A stretch of DNA of 20,959 nt from Octopus sinensis (lineage: Eukaryota). Position 1 is the stretch's first letter, and each line of letters opens with the position of its first letter. The stretch lies in NCBI RefSeq assembly GCF_006345805.1, contig NW_021824717.1, forward strand, positions 1 through 20,959. Reading direction: 5' to 3'. Under the pieces are notes generated by a model. The model did not search any database and was not told the DNA's origin. It worked only from the letters and a program-made list of their open reading frames with translations. This document shows positions 9,839-20,192 of this stretch, in pieces. The translations under genes and the position numbers were made by a program.

Positions 9839-9931
9839 TAATTGGCTGAGGAGTGCTCAGCATTTTAAAACTGTTGTCATACTTACAACATTTAATAAAA
9901 TGATGTAGTACGAAACGATCGTACCAAATTA
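9839..9931 (+). ncRNA. Type I hammerhead ribozyme, plus strand (unit B)
   Basis: CTGAGGA 9846-9852, GAAA 9912-9915, ACGATCGT 9915-9922, cleavage after A9923. Identical stems to 6664-6755. Confidence 0.85.
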
Positions 9932-10758
9932 CCGGAGTCATTCTTGTTGCTTATTTTGATTATATATATATATATTTATATATATATACACATACATACA
10001 TACACAACACCAACACATACATAGATACACACACACATGTGCACACACGTACATACATACACACACATACATACATACAAACAGACACACGCATATGCCG
10101 CATCACACACATACGCAATACACAATATACACACACACACTACGCATATATATACATATACATATACATATATACATGTGTGTGGGTGTGTGTACACTTC
10201 CACTCGTACATACGTCCACGCATGCATACGTGTAAATCTCAAAAAGTATAAATCTTCATACCTATACGCCCGAGGATTCATTCATACACACACGCAAAAA
10301 CATCACACCTTCTAAATATCTATCTTGAATTTGGGGATGTAACATTTTAAATTAATTAGCAAGTTAATAATTAAGTGTAAGGGTAAAGTAAACGGTAAAT
10401 TAGAAAAAAGTAAAAAAAATACGGTAAAATTAGAGAAAAAAAGTAAAAAAGTAAAATAAAGATAAAAGTAAAATCAGAAAAATCTCAGAAAAGATAGGAA
10501 AAAGATGGGAAAAAAAAATAGAAAGAATAATAAGAAAAAAAGAACTAGGAAAACATAGGAACAAATAGGAAAGGAAAATTAGAGAAAAATTAGAGAAAAA
10601 TCATAAGAAAATAAGAAAGGTGAGAAGATACATTAAATAAGAAAAATTAAGAAAAAGCACAACATCAATGTACAGAAGCAGAGATTAGAATGGAAAAGAA
10701 TCGAGAAATGCTGGAGATAACAATGTTGTAAATGACTATGAAGTATTACAGTGGAGAA

Positions 10759-12396
10759 TTAAGGATTATGAAATTTAGCCTTATAATATTTGAAAGTATT
10801 AGTTAATTTATGCATAGAAGATGGTCTAAATTCAGATCTTTTATTAATTAGTTTGTTTTTATCTTTGGATTTAATGATTTTTAGGAGTTCTATGCAACAT
10901 AGCTGGCACCCTGTTCTATTATTTTTATAAGACGCAGCTGATCCGATAATGGACCACCTAAGGCTAAATTCGATATTATTGTCCTTAAGTTCCCAAATTT
11001 TTCTTGATAATGATGTACTACTAGCCTTGTGTTTGAGCCTAAAGGATGACCGGTGGTTATAGAATCTAGATTTCCAGATGGATGAGCACCCAATGTATGT
11101 AAGAATGTTTGCTTCAGTAATTACTTCATAGGAATGAACTACATTTTTAGCTAAGAAATTTCCACGAAAGGACAGGCTGTTGCATCCACACAATTGCATC
11201 CGAATTACCATTTCCCGGCTGTCTGTTATTAATCTGTGGACAGATAATTTCGGTATGGTTGTTGTCAGGTTTGCTATTATGGTAGATAGAAGCTCCGCTA
11301 ATATTTTCGCCATTGTTACTGCTATTATCACTATTGGTGCTATTTAAGTTGTTTTCGGCCTATATTTCTTCTACTTCTAGTACCGATATTGGATCTATCT
11401 TCTACATTTCTATTTTGCTAGTTATATTGCTATTACAATTGGTATAATAAAATTCATAATTATTATTCGATTGGACGAGTTTCACATTAAAATTGTAAAT
11501 AGTATTATCTTCATTAGTTATATAATTATTGGGTATAAGATTATCTCCGTTATTGTAATGGGTGTTGTTACTAGCTGTTTCAATATTGCTATTACTATCC
11601 AGATTATTATTGTTATTATATTGGCTGTTACTATTATTAATGTGGCTATAGTCATTATCAACATTAAATTCGCTGTTTAGGGAACTACTGTTATTTATCT
11701 CTAAGTTGTCAGCTTGGCGGTTAGGTACGAAGTTATAGGGGTAATGCTTTGGCTATTGTTATTAGTTTGGCTACTACCAATGTTAACACCTGGACTGTTG
11801 GGGTTTGAATGATCATTATTATTTACTCTCAAAGTAGCTGTTCTAATTTTAATATTATTATGTTTAGCTATGAGACAGCTCATGTTAGGTAGATTTGAGT
11901 ATGATTCCTCATAGTTTTATTTGAAAAGATACTCCTATATTTATGAGTGGGTGGGAAGTTATTGGAAATTATTGAAAATATTTTTTGCATAATTTACCCT
12001 TAACCGCTATATTATATGGTATGTTATACCATATATAGTTACGTAATCTACTGTTCTTACTCCTGTGTCTTCTAATATTATCGTGCTACACACTCATCGG
12101 TAGGGTTTTCATTAACTAAATTTCTATTGGTGCGATTTCTATGTTTGTTTCCTAGTCTTGTTTGAATTAAATTTGAATTTGTATTAGTTGAATCTGTGTT
12201 TTTATTGCAACTATTTAGTCTAATTTCATTAATTTCAAATTTAAATTAAATGAATGGTTTTGGAATCCTTAGTTCGTTTATATGATGAAGTTTTATTGAT
12301 GACGGATGTTCTAGGCGGTTCATCATATGATTTTTTGCCGAAAGATATTTTCTGGGGGTATCCAGCACTAGAGAGGGCTTGGTTATAATGATGGGC
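10759..12396 (-). pseudogene. Penelope-like element ORF remnant with GIY-YIG endonuclease, unit B
   Basis: AHHYNQALSSAGYPQKISF (Y..AL..SGY thumb motif) at the 5' end. ORF 10759-11331 contains KNVVHSYEV...TYIG...WKSRFYNHRSSF...STSLSRKIWELK...IRW-like SLRWSII...CQLCCIE...LINKRSE, a PLE GIY-YIG with the catalytic R, E and N positions retained. Confidence 0.88.
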
Positions 12397-12436
12397 ATAT
12401 ATATATATATATATATATATACATCTCTCTATATAC

Positions 12437-12660
12437 ACACGCGCACGCGCACGCACGCCTACGCACGCACGCCCACGCACGCACGTCCACGCACGCACAC
12501 GCACGCACGCCCACGCACGCACGCACGCCCACGCACGCACGCCACGCACGCACGCACGCCCACGCACGCACGCCCACGCACGCACGCACGCCCACGCACG
12601 CACGCCCACGCACGCACGCCCACGCACGCACGCCCACGCACGCACGCACGCACGCACACA
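12437..12660. repeat. (ACGC)n / (GCCCACGCAC) compound GC-rich microsatellite
   Basis: Tandem ACGC units interrupted regularly by GCCC; follows (TA)n and is the only strongly GC-rich tract in the window. Confidence 0.93.
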
Positions 12661-13061
12661 CACACTTACACATACGGACGCGTGCATATGTTCAATACCG
12701 TGTATGTTTTCAAACATGTCAAATCCGATGAAACAATTCAATTTAGGAAAATTCTGTTCTTGCATGATCAGGATTTTGACGTCTAACAATGTTCAAATGA
12801 ATGAAACTGGGAAACCTTTCGAAAATATTTCAAAAGAAAAAAATTCACGGATATTAGAGAAGGAGAAATTAAAATATTGACATTGGGGATTTTAATTGTT
12901 TTTTATTTGCCGTATCGCAATTTCGCTTATTTCACACACAAAACAGAAAGATCTTTCGAATGAACCAACTCCAACAAATTGTGAAAAAGGATTTATTTTC
13001 TTTCAAATCGTAATTTGTAAACTAAATAATTTCCTAGTCGAATGTGCTTAAAAAGATTAAC

Positions 13062-13172
13062 ACAGACACACACACAGACACACACACACACACACAGACA
13101 CACACACACACACAGACACACACACACACACACAGACACACAGACACACACAGACACACACAGACACACACA

Positions 13173-13230
<58 letters not shown>
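13062..13230. repeat. (CA)n microsatellite with CAGA interruptions
   Basis: Direct reading. Confidence 0.95.
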
Positions 13231-13231
<1 letters not shown>

Positions 13232-13732
13232 TCGTATTTTACTGTGGAACCCGAACTAGCAAAAACCATAATAAAATAGAGTGAAACTGGGTTAACAAAA
13301 CTCTACAACTCTTTCTATCCAATGGTTTCTTCCAACCCAATACGTACACGTACAGGGTTATCTATTTCGAGTTCCTCCATTGAAAACGAATTATTTCACG
13401 CCTCTCAAAGTTACCAATTGTTATGGTATAAACAATATGTGTGTATGTGTGTCTGCCCGTAGCTACATAAATATACAAACATATGCATATGTGGTTTATT
13501 TTAATATTATTATCATTCATTTGTGTAAGTAAATGAAAGTATTCAGTATCTTTTTTTCATAGATCTGTGTCTCACCGCGCCAATAACAAATATAAAATTC
13601 ATCTTATGAATAACACATGCAAGTTCAAATACTTTCTCTTGAAAACATACCCCGCAGAAGTATGATAAATGGAAACTAGCGTCAAAGATCCTCATGATAC
13701 TTGAGAATTACAATGAACGCAGTTTTATATTA

Positions 13733-15407
13733 TTAATAATATCTTCTTAATTTGCTAATGTGTACATTTTGACTGAAAGGCGTGATAAATGTCAGAAACA
13801 AGCACATATCGATAAGCACCAAGAATTCCATTACGTTGGCATAACTGAATGTCATGCGATGGAATACGTTATATTGCATGCAAGAACATACGCATAAATT
13901 TAAAGTACAAGTGAAAAATAGTTTGATATTAATCATCATTGCACTGCATAATACAACAACGATCAACGGTGTCTTTAACATATATTTCTGATGTTGCATT
14001 GTTAAAGCCTATATTAGCACAAATAAAATCCCGACAGTTTGCCCAATCGCATGCTTTCTGATTGTAACCAAAAAATTTGCAAGAATATTTTGTGTCACAA
14101 ATATTATATAACCACCATCCATCGTTGAAAGTAAGGTTGGAACCTATCAGCTCGATATCTCTATATGGACAGCGTGGTTTTGGGGTCAATACGCCATTAT
14201 GACACATCACAAACTTGTTGGAGTTCTTCACGTAAGGAAATTGACATGAATACGTAATATTCGTGTTTTCTGGAACCGTGCTACCAAATGGAAGATATTG
14301 CAAAGTGTCTGAATTTCGGTAGCTATGTATGTTAGACTTGTATAACAATTGACAGTTCTTTACACACCGTGGAAGTTTTCCACTCCACGTTCCATTCTCT
14401 AAACATGTTCTTTTAGAATCTCCCAACAACGTTTCTTCAGCAGAACAGCTATATTCAATAACTGAAAAATTATGTGACAAAATATAATTTAATCCATGTA
14501 GTTTCTCAATTTTGCACGTTTTTCTGCAAAGTATGTCTGGATACCATTTACTTGAAAAGCATTGAACGACTCCAATGCGACAGGAATGAAGGATCGTTTG
14601 CACGAATATAACACTTCTCTCCTTTGATTGATTAAGGTTCTTGGTTTTAAAATTTCTACCTTCAGAAATGTCACCACACTGCCAGCAATTTCAGGTACAA
14701 CACAAAATTTCAAATGCAGACAGTGCCGGAAAGCTCCAGCTACCGCCTTGAAGACAAGTTAATACAGCTTCACCTTTCAGACTATAAGGTCTAAAGCAAC
14801 TGAAAGAAATTGTTTCGTTAACTTTAACTTCATTTGTATTGTTTACATTGCCATGTTTGGGTGGATGCGGTGGGAGACATTTAACAATTTCACAGATTGG
14901 TGGTAGAGACGACCACTGTTTATTTTCTTGACAACGTATTGAATTGTTTCCTCGCAAAATATAATCAGAAACACAGGAAAAGCGAATAACAGAGTTATAT
15001 GTGTATGATATATTGATCATGAAACTGTTTGCAGGTTTAGGAAAAATGGGGCAAGTTATTAACTTACATTTTCTATCTTCATAAATCCATTTACCATTCC
15101 AACAAATAATATCGGCTGTATTCTCTACGCTTGCTTCAAAATAGCGGTTGCACTTTTGTTGCAGGTGTATTTTTTCCTCTTCCCATTTCAAAGTATATTG
15201 AATTCGACTGTTGTTTAATTTCGGTAAAGGACCGCAGTTTAGGATTTTTATCATTTGTTCAAGAAACCACGGAGTATAGTTTTTGCAGGTTGACGTCGAA
15301 TTACTGTATTCCGACACAATCTTTTTCATAACATTTGCAACTGTATTATTTTCACTCTTCACCGTGAATAAGATAAAGAAAAGGAAATAAAATGTATTGG
15401 ATACCAT
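13733..15407 (-). CDS. Secreted/surface multi-sushi (CCP) protein, ~6 CCP modules plus possible SRCR-like domain; apparent frameshifts
   Basis: Signal-peptide-like MVSNTFYFLFFILFTVKSE; CCP modules with C..P...C....G.....C...G.W....P.C spacing (e.g. CPIFPKP...FSCVSDYILRGNNSIRCQENKQWSSLPPIC; CLPPHPPKHG...FSCFRPYSLKGEAVLTCLQGGSW; CVVPEIAG...YSCKRSFIPV.IGVVQCFSSKWYPDILC; CKIE...YSCSAEETLLGDSKRTCLENGTWSGKLPRC). ORFs 14691-15407, 14489-14713 and 13929-14603 join through single-base shifts without introns. The true 3' end (13929 vs 13733) is uncertain. Confidence 0.85.
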
Positions 15408-15432
15408 TCTCTCAGTTTTGATATACTTTTGT

Positions 15433-15450
15433 CTGTCATGAAAAGGACTT
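15433..15450 (-). promoter_or_regulatory. Candidate 3' splice acceptor of a 5'-UTR intron of the sushi gene
   Basis: Minus strand TCCTTTTCATGACAG|ACAAAAGTATATCAAAACTGAGAGAATG: pyrimidine tract plus CAG, 25 nt upstream of the ATG. Confidence 0.45.
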
Positions 15451-15752
15451 GTAATGTTTAAAGGGTAGTCGCTTGTTCACTTTAATTCTAATGTCTTCTT
15501 GAGGAGTCTTTTATACTCTCCTTAACCCTCTTTTCCTCCAGTCAGCAATAAATAATTTTGTTGAGTCTTATTTTAAAATTGAGACATAGTTAATTAGAGC
15601 GGGAATAGGGTATATGAAAAAATGTAAGTAGGTGGGGCTTTTGCTTGACACACATACACACACATACACACACATACATATATATATGTGCGTGTGTGTG
15701 TATGTGTGTGTATGTTGGTGTATGTGTGTCAAGCAATATATATATATATATA

Positions 15753-16174
15753 ATATTTCGTTTTCACAAAGTATATATATATAGAAGTATATACATTGCC
15801 TGGTTACGTGTCTTCATACTACATCCTCAGCGTGTATATATATATATATATATATACATACATATATCATACATATATATATATAAATATATATATATGT
15901 ATATGTATACATACATACATATATATACGTATATATATATGCATATGTATATATATATACATACATACATACATTATATACACATTATATATGCATATAT
16001 ATATTAATATATATACATATGCATATATATAAAGATATGCATATATATATGTATATATATATGTATTTATATATAATATATATATATCTATATATATATA
16101 TTAGTATGTAGTATATATATATTGTAGTATGAAGACACGTAACTGTATGTTTATACTTTGTGAAAGCGAAATAT
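15753..16174. repeat. Inverted repeat pair flanking a TA-rich microsatellite
   Basis: GTTACGTGTCTTCATACTACA (15803-15823) is the perfect reverse complement of 16123-16143. ATATTTCGTTTTCACAAAGTATA (15753-15775) pairs with TATACTTTGTGAAAGCGAAATAT (16152-16174) with one mismatch. Confidence 0.85.
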
Positions 16175-16627
16175 ACAAACGCTTACACATAGATCCTGAC
16201 ATACCAAAGTATTGTGAAAAGATGAAAAAAAATATAGTTAACCTTTTACGATTCCGATTAATCTGTCAAGTCCAAGGCTTATTTATTCAGATTTTTGTAA
16301 ATTAACCATGCATCATTTCATAATTTCCAGATTTTGAAGATGAGATTACTTATTTTTGAAATGACGTTTTGGAATAAGTGAGAGAAGCTGTATCGTTTCA
16401 GTGTAAACATGAAGTAGTTAAAATATTTCGACCTGATAATGCTTATGGGTGAAAGGAAATAGATAGATAAATAGGTAGCTAGATAGGTAGATAGATAGAT
16501 AGATAGAGAAAAGTAAGAAAATAAGGATTCTATATACCCATATAGGCCCGTATAGATATATATGCATGGGAAAGGGATCATTTAAATATATACAGACAGT
16601 ACATATAAGCTTGCACATATGGCACTA

Positions 16628-16730
16628 TGACAAAACCCACCTTGGGCAAAACGGGAACCGGACAAAAGACCCCTAGGAGAAAATCCCCTTAGATAAAAGC
16701 CCCTCGGACAAAAGTCTCTTAGTTAAATTG
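16628..16730 (+). repeat. Degenerate 15-16-bp tandem array (GGACAAAAGCCCC-like)
   Basis: GACAAAA-like cores at 16629, 16645, 16661, 16677, 16692, 16707 and 16722. Resembles subterminal arrays of non-autonomous DNA transposons; family not assignable. Confidence 0.6.
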
Positions 16731-16754
16731 CGAAGCAGACAAACACCCCTTTCT

Positions 16755-17196
16755 CTTTTCTCTTCTTACTGTTTCAGTCATTTGACTGCGGCCATGCAGA
16801 GCACCACCTTTAATCGAACACCTCGACCCCGGACACATCTTTGTTAAGCCCAGTACTCCATTCTGTCGGTCTCCTTTGCCGACCGCCAAGTAACGGGGAC
16901 ATAAACACACCAGCATCGGTTGTCAAAGCAATGCCAGGGGGACAAACCCAGACACACAAACACACACACACGCAATATATATATATATATATTATATATA
17001 TATATATATAATATATATATATATATATACATATATACGACGGGCCTCTTCAGCTTCCATCTACCAAATCCACTCACAAGGCCTTGGTCGGCCCGAGGCT
17101 ATAGTAGAAGACACGTATCCAAGGTGCCACTCAGTGGGACTGAACTCGAACCATGTGGTTGGTAACAAGCTACTTACCACACAGCCACCCTGCGCC
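16755..17196 (-). mobile_element. tRNA-derived SINE (same family as 358-778), full length
   Basis: Minus strand begins GGCGCAGGGTGGCTGTGTGGTAAGTAGCTTG...GGTTCGAGTTCAGTCCCACTG (A and B boxes), has the conserved body and internal microsatellite, and ends ...GCAGTCAAATGACTGAAACAGTAAG. Confidence 0.88.
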
Positions 17197-17247
17197 TTTA
17201 TTTTTTGGTTATTCTTCGTTTTTTTTTATTTTCTAATTTTTTTTTTT

Positions 17248-17400
17248 ACGTGTTTCAGTCATTGTGCTGCGACCATGCTGGGACACCACCTTCAGGAATT
17301 TTTAGTGAACTGTATCAACCCCAGAAATTTTTATATTTTCTTACCTGTTTCAGTCATTAGACTGCAGCTATACCGGGGCAACGCCTTGAAGAATTTTTAG
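17248..17400 (-). mobile_element. Two stacked SINE/LINE 3'-tail fragments
   Basis: TGTTTCAGTCATT..CTGC..C.AT.C.GGG.CA..ACCTT..AGAATTTT occurs at ~17251 and ~17346 and matches the tail at ~16770. Confidence 0.7.
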
Positions 17401-17667
17401 TTACAGAAAAATCAGCATTTTAAAATTTAAATCTTTAGTCTTTTGCTTTCTTCTCTCTGCACTTACCTTTTGAACTGTCTCATGCCGTTCAAGGTCTAAC
17501 AGAATTATGGCGCCAAAGTCTAGTCGTTCAAACGTACTTTTTATCGTTTCTGTCTTTCTACACATTTCTTGAAGTAAATGCTTATCCTTTAGTTAGAATT
17601 CAGACAATATGTACATTAAGTAGTAGAGAGTCTTGTGCTCTGTTATTCTATTCAACTTATATTTATT

Positions 17668-17830
17668 TTCTCCTCCTCTCCCCTCCTCTTCTTTCTCCTC
17701 TCCTTCCTTCTCTCCCCCTTCTCTCCCCTCCTCTTCTCCTCTCCTTCCTTCTCCCATTCCCCCTCCTCTTCTCCCTTTCTTTCTTCTCTCCCCTCCCCCT
17801 TACCTCCCCCTCTTCCCTCATCTCTCCTCT
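17668..17830. repeat. Polypyrimidine (CT/CCT-rich) low-complexity tract
   Basis: Almost pure C/T on the plus strand; G-runs on the minus strand. Confidence 0.9.
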
Positions 17831-18124
17831 CTACACTACACCATACGACTTTACACATCACCACATCATATATACATACACACGTCCAGACCTCTCATAC
17901 GCACTAATACTACTCTCTCATACACACACACACACTCCTTCTCATACACACACACACACACTCTTATGTTGAGCGAGGTCATTTACCCTATATCTCCCCT
18001 AATTTCGGTCTGGCGTCTCACGTTTGATCTTTGACTTCTTGCCGAAATCAGATCGCCATGTTGATTCGCTAGCCTCTGCACGCATTTTTTTTTCTCCTTC
18101 TTTTCTGTGTTTTTTTTCTGTGTA

Positions 18125-18162
18125 TCTTTCTGTTGAAGAGCGTAGGCTCGAAACGTTAAAGA
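18125..18162 (+). ncRNA. Minimal hammerhead-like variant motif
   Basis: TCTTT-CTGTTGA-A-GAGC-GTAG-GCTC-GAA-ACGT-T-AAAGA. Stem I 5 bp, stem II 4 bp with tetraloop, 4-nt palindromic stem III. The core has A6->U and one extra A before stem II. Confidence 0.5.
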
Positions 18163-18292
18163 CTTGTTTTATTTATATTTCCTGAGCGCCATACTAAATA
18201 ATTGTTTGTTTGTATTCCACCTGCCATCGTCTTTTGTTATTTCCGTAAACCTGCCTTCTCGTCTTTTGTCTATTTTCATAAAGCTTTCCGTT

Positions 18293-18323
<31 letters not shown>

Positions 18324-18660
18324 CTATATATACTTTGTGTTAATTGTCCTGTAACTCTATTTTTTTGCTGTTTTTAAAAAAACTCCCTTCCTTTGGTTTG
18401 TGCCTTTTTTCGTTTCTCATTGTGTTCGACGTCCTTTTGGTGTCCTGTACTCAATATATGCGTGTATATGTACATGTCGAGGTAGGTAACGTCATTATGT
18501 TTTATAATTGCATATGTTTAATTTATTTATTAATATATATATAATATATATATATAATCTATATATATAATATATTATATATATATATTATATATATATA
18601 TATATATATATGTATATAATATATAATATATATATCTATATAATATATATATATAATATA

Positions 18661-18698
<38 letters not shown>

Positions 18699-18949
18699 TA
18701 TTTTTCTTCACTCGTTTTAGTGGTCTAATTTGTTTTATGTCCATTGTCACGCATCTGGTGACCTTTTCAGCAACACTTCGTTCCGTGTGTGTTCTTGTTC
18801 CACTTACTCCATTCCGTTCTTCTAAGATATGTATCCTTATGTGCGCATGCATTTCTGTCCTTGTTTGTGAGTGTGTGGTGTATGTGTGTGCGTGTATTCT
18901 TGTTGTGCGTTTGTATGGCGTGTGTGTGTGTATGTATTATAATATATAT

Positions 18950-19594
18950 AACTTAACTTAGAATAACTTAGAAAGGTTTTGGCCAGTATTTGCCCAGGCC
19001 ATGTCTAACTTAATAGCACCACCTGCGAAGTCTTTCAGTTCAGGATTTGGGCACAAGGCCCATTCGAGCAGAGAGTTATTGTTTGCGGAGACATATCCGG
19101 GTGTGTGGGTTTGTCCTGTACTGTTTGAAGGAATTTGTCCAAAGACTTCTTGAATTTTGTGTGGTCAGTTTCTTTTTTACGTGTCCTGGTGTACGTTGAA
19201 GAGAGCGGGTCCAATTGAGGTGAAATAGTTGTGCCGTATTGTCGTTATGTGATGCGATTAGATTTTTGTTGTGGACGGATGGCACGTGGTCCAAGCCTTG
19301 GATTCATTTTGAAGGTGATGCCAACATCATTCGGACAGTGCTGATGGAATATTTTCTACATCATACAGATAATGTATCGTTCACGGCGTCGTTGGAGTGA
19401 ATACAATTTCAGCTTCTCTAGTCCTACCCCAGTAGTCAAGGTCGACATGCCATCTATCTTTTTTTGATTGACCTTTGGGAGCTTCAATTCTCATAATATT
19501 TTGTTTTGTGTAGGGAGACCACAGTGGACAGCAGTATTCAAGGTGGGGTTGGGCAAAAGTGTAGAAGAGAAGGATAATATCGTGGGAATCTCTC
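18950..19594 (-). mobile_element. CR1/L2-clade LINE 3' fragment
   Basis: LFYTFAQPHLEYCCPLWSPYTKQNIMRIEAP...GLEKLKLYSLQRRRERYIICMM*KIF...FKKSLDKFL is the typical PHLEY/WSP/LYSL.RRR block. 3' tail of CTAAGT-like short repeats at 18950-18982; 5'-truncated at a TA tract. Confidence 0.88.
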
Positions 19595-19900
19595 ATATAT
19601 ATACACATATATAAATACATATATATATATAATCTATATATATATTTGGTGTGTGTGTGTGTATGCATATATATATAGTTTTTTAGTAACAGTGTGGTCT
19701 TCCCATCAACTCCATCCTCTCACCCCATTGGGCAGCTGCTGTCCCGAGAAAAAATGGTACAGTTTCTGTATTCTTCTGTGTATGTGTGTTCGCCCACGGT
19801 GTTGCCATCGGGATGGTAGTTGTTGATATTGCCATCGATGTCACCGCCGCTGCTGTTGAATGTGTTAGTAGTGTTGTTGACATCATCATGTGCGTATGTA

Positions 19901-19935
<35 letters not shown>

Positions 19936-20029
19936 TGTGCGTGTATAGACTCGCTTCGTATGTATCCATGCCCTTTATATACTTTTATTTGATAATCGAA
20001 CGGTGTGAGCTAAAACCATTTTTTTCAAC

Positions 20030-20192
20030 AGGGACCTAAGCACAACAACACCGGTTGTCAAGCGGTGATAGGGGTAGAGACACAAAGACGCACACACATG
20101 CACACATAAATATATATGTACGACGGGCTTCTTTCAGTTTCTGGCTATCAAATGCACTCACAAGGCTTTGGTCGGCTCGAGGCTATAATAGA
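20030..20192 (-). mobile_element. Truncated SINE copy (body only)
   Basis: ACACCGGTTGTCAAGC...ACGACGGGCTTCTTTCAGTTTC...CTCACAAGGCTTTGGTCGGCTCGAGGCTATAATAGAAGAC matches the SINE body; tRNA head absent. Confidence 0.8.

Larger units (their letters stand above)
9339..12398. repeat. Tandem duplication unit B (~3.06 kb plus TA spacer)
   Basis: Second copy of 6164-9236. Ends at GGTTATAATGATGGGCATAT, then (TA)n and (ACGC)n. Confidence 0.95.

Noticed and set aside
19683-19992. Thr/Ala/Val-rich ORFs on both strands
   Set aside because: Degenerate GTT/GCT/CAT triplet-rich sequence merging into (TG)n; no domain, splice or start context.
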